A DNA stretch of 64,000 bases, from contig NC_042998.1 of assembly GCF_006345805.1 (NCBI RefSeq), positions 16,058,001-16,122,000 on the forward strand, in the 5' to 3' direction. This document shows positions 1 to 12,930 of this stretch, piece by piece. Source of the stretch: Octopus sinensis. Taxonomy: Eukaryota. A program made the position numbers and the translations under genes. Each line of letters opens with the position of its first letter. Position 1 is the first letter of the stretch. Below the pieces are notes generated by a model. It was not told where the DNA came from. It saw only the letters and a list, made by a program, of their open reading frames with translations, and made no database searches.

Positions 1-29
1 TTATTTTTATTGTTATTATATATTTTTTA

Positions 30-810
30 TTATTTTATTATTTTATTGGTTCCAGCTGAAAGCTGTGGTTATGCTGGAGTACCACCATCTTGCAGCACTG
101 TTATTATTGAGAGCCTCCTCTGATATGTGACATTTGTTGAATAGGGGTGTTTGATGTTGCTGCCTTCATTTGCGCTTTCTACCACGAGGTACGTTCATCT
201 GAGACTCTCGACAGGAAGAGATCCAGTATTGTATTGATAACACCTACATCAATCCCTTCCAGTTTCTTCCAGATGTATATTAATACATATTGCTCCAACC
301 TTCGCTCCAGGGTGTGCAGTCTTAGCTGTTTCAGCTTTTGCCTGTAGCTGAGTTGTTGCAATGTGACGATCTTTCTGTAGCTTCACTAGATTGTTTCAAA
401 CTCCGCTGTTAATTTTAAACTGTTGGGTAACCATAGTTGGGAGCAGTAGTCCTGTCGGCTGAGGACGAAAGTCCTCCAGCTCATCGTCATAGTTTCCTTC
501 TCTCTGGTTCAGAAGTTTCTTAAAATCAAGCCAGCAAGCTTCTGCAATTTGTCACCATCTCGGCAATCTGCACTTGGAAAGATGTATCAACACTCATGTC
601 AATGCCCAGGTGACACACTGATGTCTTTCGTATCGTCTGCGTCGCTAGCAAGAGGGCCAACTGAGAGAGCCACTATGAAAAGCAGTGGTCCCAAGACAGC
701 GCCCCGTGGAACACCACTCACTATTTGTGTTACCTTTCAGGTAACTCCACTGGTCACCACTGCCTGTTTCTATCTTCTATATAATAGACGTCTTTCAGTT
801 TTTCGTTTAC
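30..810 (-). mobile_element. Decayed CR1/L2-group LINE, 3' part (RT domain to 3' end)
   Basis: Minus strand 623-733 reads VTQIVSGVPRGAVLGPLLFIVALSVGPLASDADDTKD (SGVPQG-LGP and YADD RT motifs); ORF 179-361 LERRLEQYVLIYIWKKLEG...LDLFLSRV matches the C-terminus seen in the other LINE copies; A-rich tail at window start. Confidence 0.8.
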
Positions 811-811
811 C

Positions 812-890
812 AAATCCATTCATAAGTTTTTTCTTGGGCCCGATGCACTTGCCCAAGGTGCCATGTAGTAGGGCTACGCCCCAAGCCATG
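812..890 (-). mobile_element. SINE family A fragment, degenerate
   Basis: caaatccattcataag...cacttgcccaaggtgccatgtagt resembles the family A head region (cf. 22381-22480). Confidence 0.55.
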
Positions 891-1407
891 TCTGCATCGA
901 TGTTTAGTCTTCATGATTTATTTTAATAACGACAGGAATTTGGTAAATTCCTTAGTACGTCTTAGCGACATTTCTTCCGGCTTTACGTTTCGAGCTCAAG
1001 TATCAAGTCAGTTTACCCTTCGTTTTGTTTTTCCGAGCCAATAAAATACGTACCATTTGAAGAATGGGTTTGATATAATTCACTAGTCTCCTTCACACAT
1101 ATTTCAGGCCTTTTGCCTATAGTAGAAGGGATTATTATTATCAGAGCTATCAATTTTATATTCAATTTTTCTTTTTGCCTTTATTTTATTGTTACCTGCA
1201 CTTTCAGGCAACGATAAACAACGTTTCCCAATATTATGTGGCTTGTAATGGAATGGTGCTGAACAAATTTTTACCAAATATTAAATTGGTGCTTCATTAG
1301 CTTTTTGTGTTCTTCTTTGATTTATACAAAAATACACACACTCACACATAGAGAGGCATACATACACACACATATATATATATATATTATATATATATCC
1401 ATATATC

Positions 1408-3042
1408 GTAGCAGCAATAAATGAGGTCAAACATTACTCCGCTGTAGGCCCTGATAGATTTCCCGCCAGTCTCCTGAAGGAATGTAGATATCAACTTGCA
1501 GTCCCTCTGACCAACCTCTGGAGAAACTCGTTAGACGCAGGTTATATACCGAAAAAGTTTCTATCCCAGTCGGTCATCCCGGTTTTCAAACAGGGAAACA
1601 GATCCCTCGCAGTCAACTATCGCCCAATCTCACTCACCTCCCACATCATTAAAGTGTTTGAAAGAGTGTTAAGATCAAGGATAGCTGACTTCCTGGAGAC
1701 CCACAAACTCCTAAATTCAAATCAACATGGCTTTCGCTGTGGCAGGGACTGTCTAACACAGCTCTTACACCACATTGAAGATGTACTCAAAGCCTTGGGA
1801 ACAGGTTCGAACTCTGACGTCATATACCTTGACTTCAGTAAGCGTTCGACAGGGTAGACCATAACATCCTACTCTCAAAATTGGCAAATGTTGGAATCCG
1901 TGGAACAGTTCCCACTGGATTCAGTATTTCCTAGCGAATAGAACACAGCATGTTGTAGTTGATGAGTCCACTCAAACCAGCAAAAGTCACCAGCGGTGTT
2001 CCCCAGGGAACTGTTTTGGGTCCGCTACTCTTCATAATTTATGTAAACGACCTTTCCAGTGTCGTACATCACTGCAAAGTGAAAATATTCGCTGATGACA
2101 CTAAGCTCCAGCAAATCGTCAATGAAGAAGCAGACCGAACTCAACTCCAGTCTGACCTATATGCTGTGAGTCAATGGGCAGACAGAAACAAAATGCAACT
2201 GAATGAGGGAAAATTTGAGCTGATGCATTTTGGAAGAAATTCCTCACTAAAACAACCATACTCTCTTCCTTCAGGGGAACCGCTCACAGCCTCTAACAAT
2301 ATCAGAGACCTGGGTGTAATTGTTGATGACGATCTCAGTTGGAGTGCACACATCAACAAGAAGGTCGATACAGCTCGTAGGATGAGTTCCTGGATCTTAA
2401 GAACTTTCCGGTCCAGAGAACAAGGTGTCATCTTACCACTTTTTTCATCCTTTGTACGGCCAAACCTTGAATACTGCTGCCCACTGTGGTCTCCTCACAC
2501 AAGAGAAAACATCTCCAGAATTGAGTCACCCCAGAGGGCTCTTACTAAACAAATTGAAGGCATGGCTGCTCTCGACTATTGGGATCGCCTTAAAGCCTTG
2601 AAACTTTACTCCCTCCAGCGTCGCCGTGAGCGGTACATCATTTGTACGATGTGGAAAATATACCGCCAACTTTGCCCAAACGACCTAAACATTAGCTTCA
2701 AGGTTAATCCGAGACTTGGACCACGGGCTATACGTCCCCTGCCAAATTCAAGATCACAACATACATGTACACTGCAACATAATTTCTTTTCCTCAACAGG
2801 CCCTGCCCTATTTAACATTGTCCCGAGGGAGATCAAAGAGGAAAAGGATCCCATCAACTTCAAACGGAGTCTGGATAGATTCCTTCAAAGAATACCAGAT
2901 AAGCCACCCATAATCGGATACAACTCACTACTTGAACAAAACTTGACTTAAACAGGATTCGAATAATCCTATCAGGTGGTGCTATTAAGTTAGACATGGC
3001 CTGGACCAATCTCTGGTCGAAACATATCTAAGTTTTATCTAA

Positions 3043-3046
<4 letters not shown>
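1408..3046 (+). mobile_element. 5'-truncated CR1-group LINE: reverse transcriptase region, 3' UTR and tandem tail
   Basis: Frame open from 1408 (AAINEVK...NYRPISLTSHIIKVFERV...QHGFR...YLDFSK), frameshifts near 1843, 1908, 1965, then SGVPQGTVLGPLLF...IFADDTK to stop at 2951; tail (tatctaagttt)x2 at 3025-3046; (TA)n on both flanks. Confidence 0.93.
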
Positions 3047-3079
<33 letters not shown>

Positions 3080-3949
3080 TCATATGCATACACATGCATG
3101 TGCGCGCGTACAATTGTTATATAAGCCTGTTTACGAATGTGTCTGTGTCTGCACATATGTGAGTGTGTATCACAATACCTTCCACTAGATAAATTATGAC
3201 CCATCCAGAACAAGAACAAATTTACTTATCTTTAATACGTTCCTGAAAATGTCTATAGGCAAATTTATCTAGATGAGAAAATAATTGATTAAAAGATATC
3301 GTTCTTTTTATAAAGTACAGAATTCTTCAAAGAATTACTGTCTCATGAATAGATACTTTCATGTAGTCTACAAATATCGCCAATTCCCGCTTAATGTCGA
3401 ATATGAATATTTTTACAACAGCTTCAAAGTAAATATGATGTTTTAGCTTAAGAGATTGTCTACATCCCTTTTGGCATCTATCATCTTAATAAAAGCAATT
3501 AGTATTTAAATCGAAAGTAAATACTTGCCATTAATTTTTACAGATGTGTGTGTCGTTTGGGACCAACCAAGAAAATATTACATAGGTGGCAGGCACATCA
3601 TCTTGCAAAGGAAATTCATAATAATTAGGGTGGTGAATATTTATTGTTTCTTTGTTTTGGCTTATGTACTATAAACAACAAACAGCTACAACTTTTGATA
3701 GACAAACATAGATACAAATTTACCTATTCTTATTTTATTAATATCTATGTGTTATAGTATCTTTCGATTTTGTATCCAATATGCGTGTTTAGCAGGATGC
3801 TGTTCAAAATGCATGATTGCATTCAGTATATCCTTTTTCAATAATGCATTATATGCGATTTTACATTTCCCTCTTCCTAAAAATTCTCGTCAGTTTGCAA
3901 GAAAGGATTTGCCAATAATATCGTTCTCCTTATTGTAGACACTGTTTTA

Positions 3950-4440
3950 AATATTATTTTTTATTTTATCTAATTTCAGCTCACGAGCAGTGGCCATGCT
4001 GGGGCACCCCCATTTGGTGTTGCTTCATGATTTTACTTCACGAATGCTTTTTAGCAATTGCCATTTGGTGCATGAGAGAGTTCGATGCAGCTGCCCTCAT
4101 CTGCACCTCCTGCCGTGAAGTTGGTACATCTGGGACACCTGACAGGAAGAGATCCAGTTTTATTTTAAAAACATCTGCATCCACCCCATGCAGGTTTCTC
4201 AGGTTCTTCGGGAGGATTTCGAAGAGCTGTGGGCCTCTGAAGCCCAGGCTATCACAGTACCTTGTCCTACATCTTGATGGCAAATTTGGAGCTCTTTGCA
4301 CTATGCAGTGGCACCCAGTTCTAGTATTTGTGTAACTCTCGATGCCAAAGTTTGGGACAAGTCCTTCTATGATCTTCCAGATGTATATTATGGCATATCT
4401 TTCTCGCCTACGCTCTAAGGAATAGGCATTGTTTCTTTCT
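3950..4440 (-). mobile_element. CR1/L2-group LINE 3' fragment
   Basis: Minus strand RRRERYAIIYIWKIIEGLVPNFG and ORF 4038-4301 (FKIKLDLFLSGVPDVP), homologous to the C-termini at 179-361 and 2620-2950; A-rich tail near 3950. Confidence 0.85.
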
Positions 4441-5780
4441 TTAAGCTAACTATATGCACACCCCATATCTGTCTAGTAACTTCCTTAGACAGAAACACAA
4501 TGTTTGTAAAGATATAAGCTGAAGCAACTCAGTATCACTCAGCTAGACAATACAAGCTATATGAAATGTTTATTGCAGACATGATGATAAACACGTTATG
4601 ATTGATATATTTTGATTTGATTACTGATGTCTCATAAGAATATAACAATATCAAATACATGATTTGAAAAGGGATATTTTAAACGATTCTGTATATATCG
4701 TTGGATGATTGGAACGTTCTAATTTTTCAAAAATTACCTTAATTTCAGAAGTCACCTTTCAATCTTGACATCATAATTTATATCTCTAATTACAATAAAT
4801 AAATAACTAAATAAATTGCTTTCTTATAAAAAGAAATACTATAATGTGGAGTTTTACATCAGTGTACACAATAATGGCACCCTAATTGAGATAATTTGTA
4901 TCAGTCAGGGATTACAGCTTACATACAACATTCATTTTATTTAGACCAATATAATGCCTCTTTATAACTCTAAATACTTGTCCAAGTATAAAGGTTTTCT
5001 CAGAAATCTCTTTAACATCGAAAAGTAAAAGGAAACATTATCTAAATAGATATTTGAATTGCCCTGTTCCCCATAAGCCCCTCTCTCTCTTTTGCTCTCT
5101 CTCAGTCTATCTAGCTACTTCTCTTTCTCTCCCTATCTCTCACACACTCTCTCTATCTACCAATCTACCTAACCATCTGCTTGTGTGTGTGTGTGTGCGC
5201 GCGCGCGCCTGTGTGCTTACAGATAGATATATTGTGAGATAGACAGATTCATTCGTACAGTATTTACTACTTCTTCAAGATCCATAGTCTCTCTGGAGAT
5301 TTTAAGTTGTTTTTCCTTAACTATTTTCACTTTTCCATGGTTATCACCCGTGAAGAAACGCTGCAGTCTTCGAGAAGTGCACAAATATATATCAAATTCC
5401 TCTTACCCTTCTAAGTGCTTCATCTAAGTAAATTCTGTCTACCAATTCTTCCCCATACTTTGCATACTCCGTCCAATAGCCCCATAGGTTTTTAACGTAT
5501 ACGACATTTCACCAGTTTTATGTGTGTAGTTTTTTCCACCGCTTGTAATCAGTGCTTTCTCAGGTAATTACCTTTCCAGGATTTTCTCTATATTTTTCGC
5601 CTGACTCGTTCTGCTCTCCCTGAACTCACACCTTTTCTCCCTTTTCTTTGGCTCATAACGTCTATCCATATAATAGTTTCTTAGCCCCATTAATTAGCAT
5701 ACTATTTTTAATTCACACTCACAACAGCATCCACCTACACCTTACACGCTTTCCACACCTACATATAAGTATTACACAAA

Positions 5781-6007
5781 GGCGAGCTGGCAGAAACGTT
5801 AGCACGCCGGGCGAAATGCGTAGCCGTATTTCGTCTGCCGTTACGTTCTGGGTTCAAATTCCGCCGAGGTCGACTTTGCCTTTCATCCTTTCGGGGTCGA
5901 TAAATTAAGTACCAGTTACGCACTGGGGTCGATATAATCGACTTAATCCATTTGTCTGTCCTTGTTTGTCCCCTCTATGTTTAGCCCCTTGTGGGTAGTA
6001 AAGAAAT
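5781..6007 (+). mobile_element. SINE family B (tail type B1) with 18-bp TSD
   Basis: Full copy ggcgagctggcagaa...gtgggtagtaaagaaat; TSD atataa(g/t)tattacacaaa at 5763-5780 and 6008-6025. Confidence 0.9.
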
Positions 6008-7270
6008 ATATAATTATTACACAAACACACTGCAGCCTATGCGACCATACTTCTGCTGCTGCACATTTCTGCACGCATATATGCTCTTCAAAAAACAACA
6101 CAAATCTATACCACCCATCTCTTTTGATTATCTCTAAACTTTGATAAACTGCTATACTTGCACATAACACACCACAGCTTCTCCCGTCAGGACTCTTCCA
6201 TGTAACCCCATTTCCACTTGGTTCATAACCCGTCACTCGTTCTAATCCCTAGATCACTTTGCTGGGTTTTTACTCACCCTTTGCATTTCTATTACCTCCC
6301 TTCTGTTTAGCCGTTGAGCTAATACGAGTGTTTGCTAAAAACTTTCTTCTCATGTCTTTGCTTTCCTTCTTCATTGTCCATTGCATTTAAAGTAATTATA
6401 CCTATATACGTACAAATACACACACAAACATACGTTCACACACACACACAGACACCTATTTATTTACATGTAGTATTACATTTACTGATTAGAAAAATTT
6501 ATATAATAAGTAACTTTTTCTTTCTATCCATGGCTACATATTGTTTCCAGGTGATTCTTTTTGAAGATGGGCTCCAATTTGTTCAAGACATTTTACATAA
6601 TTTTTCATTAAGAACTATTTAGTCTTTCCTTAATTATATTGAATCATATCTTTCAAACATAATATATGCAATATATGCAATATATATATATTTTAAATAT
6701 CATATGTATATATTTAGGTATGTATATATATATATGTGTGTGTATGTGTATATATGTGTGTTTTTCTGTTGTGTGTGGGGTGCGTGTTTATGCATATTGT
6801 TTGTTTGTAGTTGCATTGTTTTAGTTTACACTTCAAGTTATGTGCATCGTCATTAAAATCTTAGAAGTGTATTCATATAGAAGATAACAAGAAAATCAAT
6901 AAACTCTTTTAATATACAAAGTAATGAATTGTATCACGAAATATGAAACAGTATTCATAATTCATGAGAACGTTTGATGTACGAGTTAATAAGTGTGTTT
7001 GCAGGTATGAAAATGTGTGTGCGCGCAGGAACAATGTAAAGATCTCATATTAGTCAGGTTTTTATCTTTGGCTGAAAACATTTCAACGCAGCGAAACAAG
7101 ACAAATTACTTCAATATTGGGTTATGTTATTTATGTATTTTTTCAGCGTGTTTTGCATTTTTTAAACCATGTTCTTCATCCAACTGTATCAACCATTAAA
7201 TGAATTAAGACAGATTCAACGTGATTACAGTTCTTTTGTAAAGCAATATGTCGATTTTAAACATTAATAA

Positions 7271-7757
7271 TATTCTTTTCTACTCTAGGCACAAAGCCCG
7301 AAATTTTGAGGGAGGAGAACAGTCGATTAGATCCACCCCACTCCGCAACTGGTACTTGCTTTATTTGACCTCGAAAGGATGAAATGCAAAGGCGACCTCG
7401 AAAGGATGAAATTCAAAGTCGACCTCGAAAGAATGAAATGCAAAGTCGGAATTTGAACTGAGAACGTAGCGGCAGAAGAAATACTGTTAAGCATTTCGCC
7501 CGGCGTGCTACCGATTCTGCCAGGTCGCCGCCTTTGTATATTCTTTTCTACTCTTGACACAAGGCCTGAAATTTTGAGGGAGGGGCACAGTCGATTATAT
7601 CGACCCCAGTACGCAACTGGTACTTAATTTATCAACCCCGAAATAATGAAAGGCAAAGTCAACCACGGCGGAATTTGAACTCAGAACGTAAAGACAGACG
7701 AAATACGGCTACGCATTTCGCCCGGCGTGCCAACGTTTCTGCCAGCACGCTGCCTTA
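7271..7757 (-). mobile_element. Two head-to-tail SINE B copies (tail type B2)
   Basis: Two units (7271-7536, 7537-7757), each starting atattcttttctactct on the plus strand and ending in the B head; the first has an internal 27-bp triplication. Confidence 0.85.
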
Positions 7758-8670
7758 TATATTAATAAAATTGTAATATCAATTTTTATTTGGCTCAAAA
7801 CAAACTTCTACCTGTGAGGCATGAATTCTACCTGTGTACCTGCGAGGCAGGATTTGGAGTTTGTTTCAAACATGCTGAAATTTCGAATTTCAATACCTAT
7901 TATTTTGTATGATAGTAATTATAATTTTCATTAAAACCGTGTTTAATTGTTATATCTGAGATGTTGCTTCAAGCTTGTGTAGGCGTTCATATTTCACTGC
8001 CTAATACATGATTTTATCAATAACACACCGTATTTTATATATGTATATGTGCGTGTGTGCATGCGTGTGTGTGCGCGCGAGTATGTGTGTAATGCAGTAG
8101 TCAGACCCAATGGGATCGTGCCTCAGAGTGTCTCATCACATAGAAAAAGGCTTTCATAGATAACACAAAATACACAATAATCGATCTATAAAGTTTATTA
8201 AGCAATGCAACGAATACCATTTTCCCGTATCGAATTAGAGAAAAATTCCGCAAAAATTTGCTTTTTCTTTTTGCGATTATATTATAGCAATGGTCTCATA
8301 AACGGCGTGTAGAAAAACAACTAAAAGAAATGAACGCAAAAGAGCTATGTAGCAACTATAATTTACGTAGAAGGTGGTAGGTGTTTCTGTGAAATGTGAG
8401 CAGTACACAAATAGTTATTCTATTCCCTTCGCTCACAGACACTAAATCTGTATATTCTATAATTTCTGTTAACCTGCTTATGCTTCGGTTTATATTATAA
8501 GAGAACCCTAATTGAATTATTTTGCAACACTACATGATACATATATGTGTGGACGTGTGTGTGACAGTGTTTGTGGGCGCATGCGTGTGTGTGTATGTGT
8601 GCGTGTGTGTGTGTGTGTGTACAGCCTCAATACAACGAAGTTCGCGCCAGCACAGAGATTCTCACAACTT

Positions 8671-8894
8671 ATTTCTTTACTACCCACAAGGAGCTAAACA
8701 CAGAGAGGACAAAAAAAAACGGATTAATTCGATTATATTGACCCCAGTGCGTAACTGGTACTTATTTACTCGACTCCGAAAGGATGAAAGGCAAAGTCGA
8801 CCTCGGCGGAATTTGAACTCAGAAAGTAGCGGCAGACGAAATACGGCTACGCATTCCGCCCGGCGTGCTAACGTTTCTACCAGCTCGCCGCCTT
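8671..8894 (-). mobile_element. SINE family B (B1)
   Basis: Reverse complement of the 5781-6007 copy. Confidence 0.9.
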
Positions 8895-9312
8895 ATTCGC
8901 GCAACTGTCCGACATACACTTACATATGCACACGCGAAAATCCGCATACATTTGAATATATATTCAATTCGTGTTTTACATGTGCGTGTATGTTTGTGCA
9001 TGTGCGTATGATTATGTGTGTGTGTGTGTGAATATGTAGGCATATGTAAATCTATACGTCCTGATTGCTGTTCATACACCAGCACTCTGACAGTGATTGG
9101 CGAGGAGAGAGTTTGCTAGATCTGATCCACTACAGAAAGAAACAGAAACTTCTGCACAAGTGTTTTTGTGTCCAGTTAAAGATTTCTGTCGACAAACATT
9201 AGGTTAGCATGGTTGTTCCTTGAAATCCACAAATTTCCATACTTGGACTTTCATGTGAGTAGCAAAATGTTTATGTACGTACACACACATACAAATACGC
9301 ACTCGTACACAA

Positions 9313-9347
<35 letters not shown>

Positions 9348-9415
9348 AGGGAGAGTATGTCTGTGTATCTGTATGTATTATTAGGTTATGCGCGTACTCT
9401 CTGCGTTTTTGTTCT

Positions 9416-9418
<3 letters not shown>

Positions 9419-9457
<39 letters not shown>

Positions 9458-9465
9458 ATATATAG

Positions 9466-9536
<71 letters not shown>
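9419..9536. repeat. (TA)n microsatellite
   Basis: Direct reading. Confidence 0.95.
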
Positions 9537-9538
<2 letters not shown>

Positions 9539-9924
9539 ATAATGACAAAGGGTAAAATTAATTAAGAAGTAATCAAAAAATTTCACCAAGTAGAATTCGG
9601 CATGAAAATAGGACCATTTCACGGTAAACTTATGTAATACTTAATAATTAGGTTTCAGCAAAGATTTGCTTTACCACATACCGAAGTTTAGATATACCAG
9701 CCAAAGCCTTAGCTATTTCATCTACTTTAAAAAGGGACTCCCAGAGAAACCAAAATACTTGAAAAGAATCCACACAGACAGAGAGGAAAGCAACGAAAAT
9801 CAATCAATATATAGCTGGACAAACAGGCAGAAAGAAAGATAGACAAATACCTACAACGAAGCACACAGGCAGATAGATTAATAGACAGATAAATTCTTCA
9901 TAGATAGAAAGACATACATACAGG

Positions 9925-9976
<52 letters not shown>

Positions 9977-9977
9977 G

Positions 9978-10066
<89 letters not shown>

Positions 10067-10075
10067 TATAGATAG
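9925..10075. repeat. (GATA)n microsatellite
   Basis: Direct reading. Confidence 0.95.
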
Positions 10076-11309
10076 AGAGACAGAGTGAGAGAGAGATGTT
10101 TTTATTTAAAATATATCTACATCACATTTATCTCATTGTACATACATACATAAATACATTAATACATACATACATTCATGTTTGTGAGCATACGTGTGTG
10201 CGAGTGTGTGTGTTTGTGTGTGTATGTAAGCCTGTGTATGTGTGAATGTGTATTTATTTACGTGTACGTGTATGTGTTTATGTCAGTTTGTATGTATTAT
10301 TTATAAACACATCAATGTAAAAAAGTATAGAACTCGACACACTGCTGGAGCAGAATTTCTTGAGAAAAACGACATTTTAATAGGCTGTAAATATCAGAAT
10401 AATTTCCAGAAAGAATGAAACATTAATAGTATAAATAGACAAAATCATATAATTTAATCTCACGATGGCTCCTTCGTAGACAGCTGTAATGGTAGCAACC
10501 TAATTCTTAGAACAGCTACTGTTACTAAACAAATATATTTATAACAGTTGGAGCGAGTCGATTCAAGATGAAGAAAGAAATAAACAAAAAACATAATTTA
10601 ATATAATTTCTCTTTAGCAAATATCAATATTTCGTTTTATTATATCTCTATTTCAACATTTCTTTCTCTTGAAATTGATTCCATTCAATATTTTCGAATA
10701 AAATTACAGATAGAATAGCAACATTAAAAGAAATATATTACAATTATTATTTCCTTCGTATAGTATTTAAGTCTTTAATGTTCCTTGCCTTTGCATTTCT
10801 GACACTTGAGTAATACACTACTAATATCACGTGAAAAGAAAAAAAACATATCAAATATAAGTAGATGCATACGATCAATGTGCAAGGCGAAGTGCTGAGG
10901 TTTCGTGTATAATAGAAAGACAGACTGAAATACGCTTTCAGAACCCTTTTATTTAGCGAAATATAGGAATGAAACAAATTGCTGAAGGTATGGTAATAAT
11001 AGATGAGAATGAATATTAGAAAGAAGTAAGCGAAACGTTTAACGAATATACAAAACAATGTCTGAGTGAGATTTCATAAAAAGGATGGCTGTTGGGACAT
11101 TATATGTATGTTATGTGGTAATTCACTAACAACGTGCTCTCATATAAATTTGTCTAATGTAAACGCGAATATTACGACGAGAATACATTTCAACTTGTCT
11201 GATGCAAGATTATATGATGCAAGAGAAAGAGCCGGTTTCTAACCTAGATCCAGGGCTACTTCAATGCAACTTCAACGTCAACAACAGGATATTTTTGTTC
11301 GTATCTATG

Positions 11310-11343
<34 letters not shown>

Positions 11344-11584
11344 TATATATATATATATATAATATATATATATATATAATATATATATATATATTATATA
11401 TATATATATATATATACCTCTCTTTCGCGGATCAAAGTGACTTTGCATTGATGTGAAATCCTTAAAAAATATACCACGACGTCTACACATTTCTCACCTT
11501 GAACTTTCAACCTTGAACTTGTTCGCATAAACTGTCCCGTTTGTTGTATTTTTATTTCCTCTTATATTATTCGTTAGCTACTGC

Positions 11585-11768
11585 ACGCATTTTTTTCTCT
11601 CCTTCTTTCTGTGTTTTTCTCTCTCTGTGTATCTTTCTGTTGAAGAGCGTAGGCTCGAAACGTTAAAGACTTGTTTTATTTATATTTCCTGAGCGCCATA
11701 CTAATACAATTGTTCGTTTGTTTTCCACCTGCCTTCGTCTTTTGTTTATTTTCATAAAGCTTCCCGTT
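11585..11768 (+). mobile_element. Penelope-like terminal repeat (family P1) with hammerhead-like fold
   Basis: TCTTT-CTGTTGA-A-GAGC(gtag)GCTC-GAAA-CG-TT-AAAGA at 11632-11669; same family at 18712, 36118 and 61500; followed by (TA)n. Confidence 0.7.
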
Positions 11769-11783
11769 ATATATATATATATG

Positions 11784-11824
<41 letters not shown>

Positions 11825-12269
11825 ATTTGTATGTTTTGCTTCATATAAGTATTCTCCAGCACATAGTTGCATATCTAGACATGCTCATATATGATTAAAT
11901 GATAAAATTCTGGGAAGATTTACCGATTTTAACAGTTCCAGTGATGGATTGGACCATTGTGGACTGGACACACTCACACACAAACGCACACAAATGCACA
12001 CACAAATATATATGTGAATTAATATTCAGAATTATAAAGCCTCACATAATTTTAAAGTTTTTGGAAATTTAGCTCTGTATTTATCGGGACTAAGGAGCAT
12101 AATATATTTAAATGGGTAGTTCGTGAATACTTTGAAATGTAACTTCTGTATCTTTACACCATCTGAGTTTCCAATTTTCCCTAGCATAACAACACTTCAA
12201 AACTGTAAATGCATTAATACATTCTCATTTCTTTCCAGATTGTTTCGGAAAATACTTGACTCAGTCGTA

Positions 12270-12930
12270 TTCACCGTGATCCATATTAAATTTCCACTAT
12301 TCTTAAAGCTACAAAGTTTTCCAACATTAAGCAAGGAAACATCCTTGCGCTGAGATTGGAAGGAGTGAGTAACGGAAGATTGCCGAGAAAATTCGGCATG
12401 GCAGAACGCCTGTCGTCAATTTTCTGAAAGATCTTGATTACTATAATAGTGTTCAGGCTGGTGGGACATCCCAATGCTATATCAGAAAGGGATGAAAGGA
12501 AAATTGTTAGAGCTGTTAAGAAGTCACTCTGCTCTTCTGTTTCACAAATCAAGGCATCAGCAGGAGTAGGAGCCTCGACATCCACCGTAACAATAGTGAT
12601 AATTTCCACCTGAAGAAGCTCCTATGATATCTGATATTGTCTTCTTTCTGCGATGATGTATGGACCAAAGTTCTCTTCTCTGATTAGGAAAAATGGTATT
12701 TGGATTGACCCGACGGTTATAAGTATTACTGAGCCGACAAAATTCTGCTTATTCTAAGTGGCAGAAAAGGGGCGAGTTCTTGTGGTATGGGAAGAAATAT
12801 CTCTCAACGGGAAGCTGCTACTTGTCATCAACGAAGCAAGAAAGTGGCTCCAAGGCAAGAAATATATATTTCGACAAAACAATGCTCCTATTCCTGAAGG
12901 AAAGAAAATTTGACGCAGTCTAATGACAAA
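12270..12930 (+). pseudogene. Tc1-family transposase remnant
   Basis: SERDERKIVRAVKKSLCSSVSQIKASAGVGASTSTV (HTH region), WTKVLFSD*EKWYLD*PDGYKYY (first catalytic D at 12682) and IFRQNNAP (QQDNAP motif); stops and frameshifts. Confidence 0.85.

Noticed and set aside
5290-6330. Purine-rich minus-strand stretch with ORF 5943-6236, possibly an old gag-like element split by SINE B
   Set aside because: No zinc knuckle or other diagnostic motif could be read; similarity to the 50355 ORF is not convincing by eye.
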